Source of the DNA: Camelus ferus
Lineage: Eukaryota
Direction: 5' to 3'
DNA length: 64,000 nt
Assembly (NCBI RefSeq): GCF_009834535.1
Contig: NC_045697.1
Coordinates: 87,856,001-87,920,000, forward strand
How positions within the stretch are numbered: the first letter of the stretch is position 1; each line of letters begins with the position of its first letter. The notes below the pieces were generated by a model, which saw only the letters and a program-made list of their open reading frames with translations, had not been told where the DNA came from and ran no database searches. Positions 1 through 11,700 of this stretch are shown piece after piece. Both the position numbers and the translations under genes were made by a program.

Positions 1-19
1 AGTATTTAGTTTTCAGGCA

Positions 20-344
20 GATACTATGGTGCCTCTATGACAACCACAATAACCTAATTTTCTAATTTTTTCATTGGGATTTGGTGTATAAATCTCCCAG
101 CAACCCCAGTCCTAGGTGGGATAATGCTATAGCATCTTTTCTACATTGGCTCCCAAAGGGTCCCAGCAGAATGCAGTTCCAGTTACCCACACTGACAACT
201 GGCTTGAAAATGAATGCTTTATTGGCCTCCCTCTCTTCCCTGTCTCAATTCTCCATTCCCCTACTTGTGTTTACTGACTTTATAGCCTACTGGGACTGGA
301 ATCTTTGTCTTCGGCCTGCTTCGGGAAGAACCCAAAATAAAACA
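20..344 (+). mobile_element. ERVL solo LTR remnant (LTR16-like)
   Basis: Ends in ...cctgcttcgggaagaacccaaaataaaaca, resembling the LTR16-type 3' terminus; 5' boundary uncertain. Confidence 0.55.
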
Positions 345-399
345 CCTTCCCTGACGTACACACCCATTCCGAGCAGTGCTTTTACAGTCTTCCCACATA

Positions 400-900
400 C
401 CCTGTGAGATCATCCTAATCACACTCTATTTTAATCATTTGTTGATTTGTTCTCATTTTTTATACCACTTTTTGAAGTTAAGAACTGTGATTTACTCTCC
501 ATATTTGGATCCAAATATAGATAGATAGTACTTACAAATGTTGTTGAATGAACGCAAAGTTCTTCCAACTGTGTTGTGGTTCTGATCTACTTAGTCACAA
601 GTCTTTGCATTTCTTTCATATCTCCTGCCCAAACTATCCACTTCCTACACCATCACCCCCAGCTCAGGCTCTTATAATTTTCTACATAAATTACTGCAAT
701 TGTTTCCTACCTGTTCTGTTAGACTCCAATGTCAGGTCTCTCTATTTTACACCACACTTCAAACCACAGGACATCAATCATCCTGAAAATGCTGGTGTCA
801 CCTTGTCTCTTCCTTCCATAAAACCACTAGTAGTTCTCGCCAGCTTTTTATGATAGTCTAGCATTTTGCTAAGGTTCTCATTTATTGCATTTCCTCTCTA
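400..900 (+). mobile_element. L2 LINE fragments (degraded)
   Basis: L2 3'-tail-like atgttgttgaatgaa (~538-552) and L2-like ...ttactgcaattgtttcctacctg... segment. Confidence 0.5.
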
Positions 901-924
901 TCTAGATAAATCTTATCTATTGGA

Positions 925-1665
925 GATGTAGTGTCATAGTGTAACAGCACTAGAGGCAGACTGCCTGTTCAAATCTTAGATCTAATGCTGTGTTGGAGGG
1001 AAGATGGCCCCTAAAAGACAGCAGGTCCTAATCAATGGAACCTGTGAATGTTACCTTATATCATAGACTTTTTACAGAACTGATTAAATTTAAAAATCTT
1101 GAGATGAGGAAATTATATTGGATTACCTGGCTGGGTGTTAAATGCCATCACAAACATCCTCCTAAGAGATGCAGAGGGAGATTAGATACATACACACAGA
1201 CTAGAAAGTATTGTGAAAATGGAATAATGAGAGATTTGAAGATGCTGGCCTTGAAGACTGGAGCGCAGTGTCCACAAGCCAAGGAATGTTAGGAGCCACC
1301 AGAAACTGAAAGAGTCAAGGGAGAGATTCTCTGGAAGAATCTCTGGAAGGAAAACAGCCCTGTGAACACCTCGATTTCAGCCAAGTGGTACTTAGGTCAG
1401 ACTTCTGGAACTGTGAGAGAAGACATTTTTGTTGTTTTAAGCCACCAGATTTGTGATAATTTGTTACATCAGCTACAGGAAGCTAAAGCATATCCCTTAC
1501 AAGGTATAATCTTGGGCAACATTCTTTAAACTCTCTAAGTCTCAGTCTCCTCATCTATAAAATAGTTTGTTACCTCTCAAGGTTATCCAAAGACTGAATG
1601 ACTTAATGCTTTCAAAATCCTTAGTAGTGTAACTAGCACATCCTGAACATCAATAAACGTTACTT
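925..1665 (+). mobile_element. MIR SINE split by an MLT1 LTR (MIR parts ~925-988 and ~1491-1665)
   Basis: 5' part gtagtgtcatagtgt...gcagactgcctgttcaaatc; 3' part cttgggcaac...ctcagtctcctcatctataaaatag (MIR core). Confidence 0.75.
989..1490 (+). mobile_element. MaLR solo LTR, MLT1C/MLT1D-like
   Basis: Starts TG, ends CA; diagnostic gaacctgtgaatgttacctta, ccacaagccaaggaatg, gttgttttaagccacc...ttgttaca. Confidence 0.9.
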
Positions 1666-3564
1666 TTCTTTCATAGTACTTTTAGTGTTTGTCTATTCAT
1701 TTGATTCTCTGTTTTGAAGAAGATAAAGACCTCTACATATAATTTAACAATGTATAATATTTCTTAGTATTGTATTATTAAACTTTAATATTTATTGAAC
1801 AACACTTATTTTTAAGACTAATTTCCAAGGATACAATGTAGTGTAAAATATGGTGACTGAAATCAATGACTGTAATACCACAACAATTTTAAGTGACTTA
1901 GGGTAAAAGAAAAAAAAAAAACTTTACAAACTAATATTTTCCAGATTTCAGAACTTACTTAACTAATACATGGGATGTGTCTGCATATATATATTTTTTC
2001 TTTTTTCTCTTAAGTATCAGTGAATTGATCAAATTTGTACATTTGAAATATTTTCATCCTTGCCCAAAGCAAATCAAATATTCTATTTAGTCTTCTTTAA
2101 TTTGTGGAAATTCTACAATATAGAGGTATAAGGAAGATCAAGCACCTCTATCAATTATCCTGCAATTTCCTGTTTAGTTGCCTGTGTCTACCAATGAAGG
2201 TGAACTTCAGGACGTCACACTGCTCTGAGCCCAGGGCACGGTGTACTTGCCAAGGGCATTTAATATTTATGTAAGGACAATGCTCTTCAGTACCTCTGGC
2301 TGGTGTACTATAACTTCTCAGACCCTGGCCAAAGATACCAGTGGAAGATGCAGCTGTCCCAAGTAGACTTTAATAAACTTCATGCTTTCCTATTGATTGC
2401 TTGGTGGGCTTTCTGATACTACACACAAATTTTGAGGAAAGAGAAGTTGAGGATCCTAGCTCTGACATAGAAACACTACACCCCAGCATTCCTAAAGTTT
2501 AATGTTGGTGACTATCAGGAAAGCAAATATTTCACGCAAGGGTAAGCCCTCTAATTGCGTTTGTGTTGAATGCCTGCCAGATCCACGTAGAGGGTTCTAT
2601 AGGCATTTTTCTGATCTCACCCTCTCGTCTGAGTCCATTTCAAAAGTGCCTGTGGGTGGAAGAAAAGAGAAGGAAAGTCAAAAGCACAGGAAGACAGGCA
2701 AGGGGGTCAAGGGAATGGAGGCAAGAAAAGGAACAAGTGAAACCCTCTTGGGAAGGGAAGCTGTGTTTCATTTTAGTTGCTTGGTTTGGAAGGAAGCCTG
2801 TAGAATATTGAATAACATAAGAAAACACACTGCAGATCTCTCTTCTCAGTTTCTCTGAATGTATGTAGAATTGCATTAGTAAAACCCAAAATGAAAACTC
2901 TTGTGAAATTGTATTAATACTATATTTAATTACTTACAATTAGTAAAGTAAAATTCATTTAAAAAGCCATGTAATTTCACCCTTGGGAAATGAAGTACTA
3001 AATTTCTTTTAATTTGTTAGCAAAGATTGATTTAAGTTAGTTGTTTGCTAGTAATTTTTCTTTCTTACTTTTTGCCAGTATATTAGACAAGGAATTGTAA
3101 AAACACATTTTCATAAAAAGAAAAAAGTGCAACAATATTGTTCATGTGTCTTTTAAGTTTCCACTACTATAAGAGAATAACAACATAAAATAAGTACTAA
3201 GAAAATAATTTACCCCATGGACAGTTTTAAATGAGGTCTCCAAGTCTTGCTTGATTAATAATTGGATTATTTGAACTTGGACATGATTATTTGCTAAGCT
3301 TCATTTTTCAGAGGCCAAACTGAGAGTAAAAATTACACCAATTTTATAATTTTTTTGTGAGTATTAAGTGTACATAACTTAGAGGGCAAATACATAGTAA
3401 GTAGTCAACAAATATTAGCATCATCCATTATCTTTGAATGCTTTCACCCTAACTAGGGAAGCAACCAGCAAAAGTAAAGATAAACAGCAAATATTGTAGA
3501 TTTAGTTATCCATGTGAATTATTTGCATAGCTGATGGACGAGCAACAGATTTTTTAGATAAATG

Positions 3565-3775
3565 TTTCATTTATTAATTCAGTATTATTGAGCAACTATT
3601 ATATGCTGAGCACTGTTCTAGGAGATCAAGTTCCAGTATAGTTAACATTTCAGTGCTGGAACACAGACAATGACCCCGTAAAAAATGAATGAGCAATGTA
3701 ATAACAGATGGTTTGATAAATGCAAAGAAGACAAAAGTAGGGTAAGGGAACAGCTGGGAGAGGGAGAGGTATGTT
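3565..3775 (-). mobile_element. L2 3' end
   Basis: ttcatttattaattcagtattattgagcaactattatatgctgagcactgttctagg is the reverse-complement L2 tail. Confidence 0.7.
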
Positions 3776-3781
3776 GTAGTA

Positions 3782-3962
3782 TGGGATAGCCAGATTTAGT
3801 AGAGGAAAAAAAAAATCCAAGACTCTGAGTTTAAATTTGATTTTCAAATAAACACCAAATATTTTAAATTATAAGTATGGCATAATGTACTAAAAATTAT
3901 TTGTTGTTTTATTGGAAATTCAAATTTAACTGGGCATCCTATATTTTTATCTGGCAACCCTA
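3782..3962. mobile_element. MER53 palindromic non-autonomous DNA transposon (MITE)
   Basis: Termini gggatagccagattt...atctggcaacccta; internal arms ttaaatttgattttca / ggaaattcaaatttaactgggcatcct. Confidence 0.85.
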
Positions 3963-3992
3963 CAGAGGAGTGAGGTCTGAAGATGAGACTGA

Positions 3993-4302
3993 TTTTTATT
4001 TTTCTTCCAGCTTTATGGAAGTATATTTGACAAATAAAACTGCAATATGTTTAAAAGTGTACAATGTGATGATTTGATATATGTATACTTTGTGAAATAA
4101 GTCCCACAATCAAGTTAATTAATGTATAATTAACTCCATCACCTCACATAGTTCTCTCTTTTTTGGGAGGGGTGGGGGGAAGACCACTTAAGATCTCCTC
4201 TCTGAGCAAATTTCAAATATACAATATAGTGTTATAAACTACAGTCACCATGCTATATATGTGCTCCTCAGAACTTATTCATCTCATAAGTGAAAATTTA
4301 TA
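3993..4302 (-). mobile_element. L1 3' end (L1MA8/9-like), 5'-truncated
   Basis: T-rich tail then ccagctttatggaagtatatttgacaaataaaa...catcacctcacatagtt...gaacttattcatc. Confidence 0.85.
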
Positions 4303-5126
4303 GATATTTTCACACAGATGTGCCTTTTGCCCAGTTTTCAGTGGAGGGGTGGAGGGGTGCACTTCAGCTGTCATGATTTTCCCTTGCTCACATCTAAAAA
4401 CACTGGCGTTCTGCCATGGTCATGCAAATCCAGTCCTGTTTTTTATTATAGCTGAAGTGTAAAGAAGATTTCTGTATTGTCAGGCAATAAACACAGAGCC
4501 TATGTCTGCCTATACTGAAAAATACAACATGCTATTGAAGGAAAAATCTATTAAATGCTTTTTGAAAGTTTAATAGAAAGATTTCTATGAATATTTTCCT
4601 TTTTAGTCAGGAGTAATGTAGTTTTATGGTGGTGGCCTAAATTAGAAATCACCACTGATCACAATTGACTGTTAAAGGTATAATCTTTGGTATATTCATG
4701 TTTCTCTTGTTTAAGAATTAAAATAACCTGTAGTGAAATGTATATAACATCAGCTTTGATTGAGTCTGGAACTCTCCATCCTTCTCCTATAATCAACTCA
4801 GTTCATTACTCCATTGAATGCTGAAGTCCACGTAAACTGAATGCCAAAGAAGCCCTGGACAGGCCTAATACAAAGACCTGGAAAAGGCTGGATTTGTGTA
4901 ATCATGGCCTAAAATCTATGCTTCCGAATACTGGTGGAAAAGCCAGCTGCAGAGGTCTGGCAGGCTGGGATCAAATTTATACCTGCACAGCTTGAGAGTT
5001 TGAGTGTTTTTGTTTTGTTTTGTTCTTCTCTTTTAGGTTTCCAAGAGAAGTACTACAATATGAATGTCTTTGACTTGAGGAAATGCAAGCTGTTTCCTGC
5101 TGAACCTCTTCTAGGATATGGGCAGT

Positions 5127-5265
5127 GGGGAGAGGGAAAGAGAAGAGAAAGAGAAGAAAGTGAGTAGACAGGAGGAAGGGATGAAGAAGAAAGAGAGGGA
5201 AAGAAGGAATGAGGCAAGAGAAATAAAAAGTGGAAAGAAGGAGGAAGGAAGACATAAAGGGGAAC
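5127..5265 (+). repeat. purine-rich low-complexity (GA-rich) tract
   Basis: Almost exclusively G/A: ggggagagggaaagagaagagaaagagaagaaag... Confidence 0.8.
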
Positions 5266-8199
5266 AATAGCAAATTACATATATCTGCTCATTAAAATAT
5301 TTAAAATAAGACCATTAACGTTGCATTCAAATTGGAATTTCCTCTCATAGTAGAGGACAGGAGGACAACAGAGAGCAAAATAAGAAACCAAAAGTGGTGT
5401 CTAGGGCCAGGTGAGGGGAATTTCCAGGCAAACTTTAAATCCCAGTTTATTTTGCTTAATATAATTAATTCCCCTTAGGAATTCAAATGTTTTATTTTTG
5501 CAATAGCTTTTAGAAACTACTTCACCATGTTACAGTCTTTTTTTGGTTTTACTTTATTTTTGAATGATAGCAAATTCTGATGGATTTCTTTCTGAAAAGA
5601 ATATAAGTTCATTGCCAATGTCTCATATCTGCCCCACTTACATTCACATATTCACTTTTAAAAAATTATGAATTCTTCCTGCCTGCAATAGTCTTCTAAT
5701 TATTTTCAAATCTCACCTTTGTCATCATTCATTATTGCCTTCAACCTTATCATCATCATTCAGTCTTATTCTCAAAACTCCACTGGATGCAAGACACTGT
5801 GACAGGAGATAAGCTGTGAAGCTCTTTGACTGAGTGGTGACCCTACCACCATTTCCTCTCTCAAGATGGACTTTTACATTATGTTTCTCAGGCTGACTGC
5901 TCAAAGACTGAATTGGTCAAATTGGTCAGTTGTCATTGCTGTTAAAATACAGAAACTGTCTTTTTTTCTCACACTAGAACCTAGGTTGGTTTCAAAATTC
6001 CTTACAGTATCACAGCTTAGTGACAGGAAAGCCTGTTTTCCAGCAGCCTCTGGCCTTCACTTACTTCTTTCACTCCCACCAATTTATCTTTGCAGTTTTA
6101 GGGAATATTGCCAAGTCCTCTCTAGATGGGGGTAAGCACTGTAAATCCCTAATTCCCAAACTAATCTTATAGCAGGGGACATGTTCTGGGCAGCCTTCCC
6201 ATTCTGCTAACACCACACGTATTTTTTTTTTTTCTTCCTGAAGTGTGTTCTATATCCTGCATGCTTACTTATCCAAGTGTTAATTATCAAATTTACTGCA
6301 TATTTTAAAAAATTCAGAACACCTGAACCTGGGACAGCACACATTATTTTTATTATATGAACTGAGAAATCAGCCTGAATTTTTATTTAACCAGTAGAGT
6401 CCAAGTTTCTTTAAAACTGGAGATCATCTGAAAGAGTTGGATTTAATGTGCTCAAAGACAAACGAGTCCCTCTAGATGATTCAGAAAATGTGGACATGTG
6501 CCAACCTTCAGTTATTCAGAAATAGATGATACAGGGTTTTGCTTTCTTAGAATTCTCTTTTATGTCTAGGTGTTTTCTTTTTGACCACTTGCTGCTGGGT
6601 AGTCTACATTAGAAAAATGGAGGAAAAGAAGGAAATATTCAAATGCCAGCATGTCACCATACGATGCATCAGCCAGTATTTGTAAAACAAAAACAAATTT
6701 CCACATAATTTGAACAAGAAGCATAAATTAAAGTAACATAATAAAAAGTTTCAAAGGCTGTTGAATTTTGATGGACTCTGAAAAATTGCAGTCTTATCAC
6801 TGTATATACATATATTTCATTGTTTTTATGCAGAAATAATTTTCTTCTTCACCCTTTGGATATACCTTATTTAAAATCCTTGTGCTATGACCATACTATA
6901 CTATTAGTATGCTATTACTAGAACTATGAAGTACTGATCAAGTTAGCTAATTATATAAATATGTTGTTAAATATAACAATTATTGTCATAATGACTATTT
7001 TCTGGTATCATCCAACAAGAATTTTAGAATTTTTGTTACTACTAATAATGAAGGTTTGGTTTAGAATTTAGAAATTTTATTTTAAGTGATATCTGGGAGG
7101 TAACAAGGCATAACACAATAATTTGGAAATGACATGGTACTCTGAGAATTGAACTTTAAATAACGGATTAGAGCAGAGCTATGTAAATTCATTTCTTTTT
7201 CAAAAAAGAAGAACAAGAAGAATGGTTTCTAGGACAGAGGGGCTAGAGAGTAACCTGCCATCTCTAAATAAATGGGATGTCAATCAGAATGGTTTTGGTC
7301 AGCCATAGAAGACTTGGGGAAAAAAAGCCATAGAGACAGAGATGGCCATGCTTATCAGAAAAGAATAATGCATTGTGAGACCAGTTTGGGTATATTGGTC
7401 ATGCTGTTGTAAGGGAGCCATCTAGCATTCATTACACAGGGATGACACTCATTATACTATGGGATCAAGGAATCACCACCTCCATCTTGTTCTGCTGTTT
7501 CTGATCACACTGTGACCAAACAACTTTGGGAAAATGAGGAGAGAGCCTGTGGCTGGATGGTGATATTTCTCATCACATGATTGAATCAGTCTTCTGCTTT
7601 TATACATCATTCTGTTTGAAAATGTCTTTCCAGGACTAAACATTGTGCAGTGACATTTCTTTCACTTGAAGCTTAGCCTGTGTCTGTTGTGATGCAAATA
7701 ATGACACACATTTGTGGACTGACAGTTTGCTCACTATTGCAAAAACAAAAAAAATTTGGTCACAAGTGATAAACCTTTTCAATTCTAAGGTAGACACCTA
7801 CTCAGAGGCCTTTTGCCTGGTTGACAATAACAATTCAAGTATCAAGCCAATTCGGAAAAATCCCTGTAGGTAGTATTTTTCTTTTCACTCCTCTCAATTT
7901 CTTTCTTTTTCTTTCTTCCCTTTGTCTCGTATCTACACAGTATTCTACAACAAATTACTTTGTTAATAGACACTGTTCCTTGCCCACCAAAATTTTAAGA
8001 AAATGTATATTCTGTATGCAAAACATAATAAATATTGGGTAGTCTTTCATAAAGAAGCATATGACCTAGAGCAAGGATTTCACTCCTGGAAATAATAAAT
8101 AAATACTATTGCTCACATTCATTCACACACATATATATGCATTTATTTGCACCTAGTGAATGAAAGTCTGGGATTATCATTTATAACATTAAGATATAA

Positions 8200-8780
8200 A
8201 AATGCCAATATCAATAATATACAAATTGTTATAAGAAATTATTAAAAACAAAAGTAAACAACTCAATAAGATGAAATACTGAGTTTGAACAGGTAATTTC
8301 CTAAGCACGTAAATACAGTCACTAACGCTTTGAAAATTTTCTAATTCGACTAAAAATCAAATAAATGCAGTAAAATTAAACAACAAAATATCATATTTTC
8401 CCCATCAGATTAGAAGAAAAAAATTAATACCCAGTAACGGTAAAAATGTAGTGAAATTAGCATGTTTATGATTCAAATATCAAAATGAATAATGTAGTTC
8501 TATTCTACAGACATGCAAAAATACTGAATGAAATTAAAGTAGGTTAGAAAATAGCCTGTACAATATAGATGCTTTATCATCATGAAGTTTCTGTCAGGTT
8601 TTGTATCCGTCTATCTATATACCTTAACACATATAAGATATAGATAAATATGCCTAGATTGGATATCGAGAGAAGTCTAGACAGCTGTTTTCTCAAATTT
8701 ATTTGTTTTTTCCCTTGGTGACTGAATTTTAGGTATTTTTATTTTTCTTTTTTAACTTGTCTATATTATGTTATATTTCT
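8200..8780 (+). mobile_element. old L1 (L1ME-like) ORF2 end / 3' fragment
   Basis: aacaactcaataag...aaaatcaaataaatgcag...cccatcagattag...aatacccagt resembles a degraded ORF2 C-terminal region. Confidence 0.55.
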
Positions 8781-11700
8781 ATACTGAACCCCTATTTTTT
8801 AAACTGTGACTTAAAATATAAAACAAAGGTAAATATGCATCCAGATACATGGGAGGAAAGTGGGGAACATGTGCTTATTCCAAAAAGAAACTGGGTTTGT
8901 GTAAGAGACTCAAACAGACTAATCTCTAGTTTAATGTAACAGAATATCCTCACCTTCTTCAAAGAATGGTGTTATATTTGCTATTTATTAATGACATATG
9001 AGTGTTTTCTTTCATGATGTTCTGTCTCTGGGAGGTATTTTAAAATCATCCTCTAGAGACAGAAACTTGTTAAACTTGAGTCAGCAGAAATTATTTTAAA
9101 GTGCTTATAAAAGTTTAACATCTATTTTAAATAAACAAAACCGCATATGTTGAGATTAGACAGTTTTATTAGAAAATAGAATTCTGAGATTATGGCAATT
9201 TTTCTGGAGAATTTGTTGAAAATAAAGGTAAATAAAATGTCCAATCATGAATTATGAATTGAATTCAATTTTGGTAGAATGAATCACTTGTCTACAGATA
9301 ATTGAAGAGAGAATTAACATGACTCAAACCAACCTCACAGAATTAGTCCTACACTTCCCGCCCCAACAGGAATCAGTATTTTGTGTGTCGGGTTAACCCT
9401 GCACTGAAAGTTACACACATCTTTTATTCCTTTCCTTTCTCAGTTAGTAGACTTTAACTGTCCAAAATCTTGAGCCACTGGAAACATTTCCTATTGTCAG
9501 ACTGTCTCTTAAGCTTCCTGGTTGCATTATTTCATCCCCACATGCTCTGAGGACTTTCTCAGAGCCTGTTTTCCTCAGTCAGCACTCAAAATGAACAGGT
9601 GCTACCCTTTTGCATCCTCTATGGGGAATGGGCTAGAAGGAGCCAACTAATTGAAAAGCTCTACTGAGAAATTCACCCGGCCAGCAGCTGTGTGTGTACA
9701 GCAACCCAATGTAACTCGCAGTCCTGTCAGCAGGGTCCAGAAGGGTGTGGCAAAGGCCCCCTTTCCCAGATGGTCTGCATTCTATGATGACACCATAACT
9801 GCATGACGCCTCTGTTTGAAGATGTGACATTTGGTCTCTAGATAAATATCATTCCCAGAACTTTGAGAAAACTAAACTACTTTTATTGCATGGAATGTTT
9901 TTCTTATCTTTAGTTAGGCAAGAACAAAAGAGGCTTGACCATACTTTTTTAAAGTAGCACTCACTTAAACATCACTCTCAGAATAAACTGTTTTTAAATT
10001 GTATAATATCAAATATTGCTTTTACTTGTGTAGGTGCAATGGGGGAGGTGGGAAGCAAGAAGGAAGCAGGGTAGGAAACAGAAAGATAAAGAGAAAAAAA
10101 AGTATATGCTGAATGTCAGACATGTTTCTTTCCCTGCCCCACCACCCCAGCTCTTTAGTCAGTCTATCAATACCATCCTTAAAATTCATTAAGGATTCCA
10201 AGGTAGGACACTGATGGCTGAGACATTGTTTTGGATTTCCATACACCTGTATTCATGCTTGTTCGTCTTTCTTAGATTATTGACCATGATTCCCCAACAG
10301 CAGGGGATGATGCTGTCCCAGGGATGTCTCCGATATTGGTCAGAATTCTCTCATTCATATCAGAACTGGGCAATTGCCATGTAGCTGTGGAATATAAAAC
10401 TCCTCATCAAGTTTATGAAAGTGTTACATTCATGTTCCAGCCTACATGACACATTGTATAGTTTAGATTGCCTTGTCTTCAAACTTCTTTACTTATTCAA
10501 TATATATTTTCTGAATTCCTGCCAAGTGTCAGGTTGCTGTGTGGGGATATAATGATCATTCTTAGTAGGATTAGTCCTTGTTCTCTTTTCTAACTTACCA
10601 TAAAATCTCTCGCTTTTCAAATTCTGTTGCATTCTAACCAGATTATTTAAATTATGTTTTTTGGTTGATTTATATAAAGTATGCAATTTGCTTGTTCCAA
10701 ATCTAGTTTTAATATCACCATAATAATTAATATCTTATTAGACATATAGGAAGTATTTCACAAAACCATATTAAATTGAGAAAAGTTCTTAATTAGGTAC
10801 CTTCATTGAAAATAGGTTTGTATGAAAAGTCTAAACAAGAAAAAGAATTAAAAATTGCCATATCATATATATCTAGTATTGATCCAAAATCTATTTCAGC
10901 AATATTTTGGGTATTGTCTTAAAAAACTGAGTACATATAAAGACTTATGTCTGTGGAAGTCAGACGGAGAGAAATGTAAAACTTGCCTAACCATCTTTTT
11001 TTTAAAATTTGTGCCTTATTAAAAGAAATCGGACAAGGGCTTTCCTTGGGGAGTTATATCACCTATTCTCAGATTATGCCTGCTTTTATAGTATCAACAT
11101 TTAGATTAAAAAGTGAGAATTGCACAGGTCCCTTGATAACATTTGGGTAACTGGTACACCCAGATCATGGACTAGACTTTTTCTCTGTCCTTAGATAACA
11201 GGCCTCAGGCTGGAACTAACTTAAACATACCTTGGGCCTGGTAGAGACTGGAGGAAATTCCCATGAAAATACACCTTTAAAGTCATCCCTCTTGAACTTG
11301 CATGAGAAGGAAAAAGAGATTTTTTTAGTTAGAAAAAATAATGCATGCATTTCTAATCTAGTCTCTTCATATGTAGCCCTTCAGGCAATAGATGAAAACT
11401 AAATTTCACTGGAGTAACTTTAATAAGGCTTCTTAGCTATATATTTTGTTTCTAAACTTTCTGTTCTTTTGGAAAATATGCTTAAAAATTTCTATGCAAT
11501 GGAAACTTAATCTTGATAGTACCCTTGCCAAATTTATGGGAAATAACATATACATAAAACTATTGATGCCAAATTCTGCTGTATTACAGGAAAATATAGT
11601 ATTGCAAGTATTGTCTGCTTGATTATAGCAAAAATGGTCTACACTTGCAAGACTATACCTTATGCTGGGCAAAGATACATAAGATATTATATATTGTCAC

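Noticed and set aside
8954..9052. Minus-strand exon-like segment (ctgtctctAG ... AAG|GTGAGG)
   Set aside because: Stops occur in all three frames; there is no support beyond splice motifs.
10277..10450. 57-codon open frame after a plus-strand acceptor (IIDHDSPTAG...)
   Set aside because: No recognisable homology or partner exon; the length is compatible with chance.
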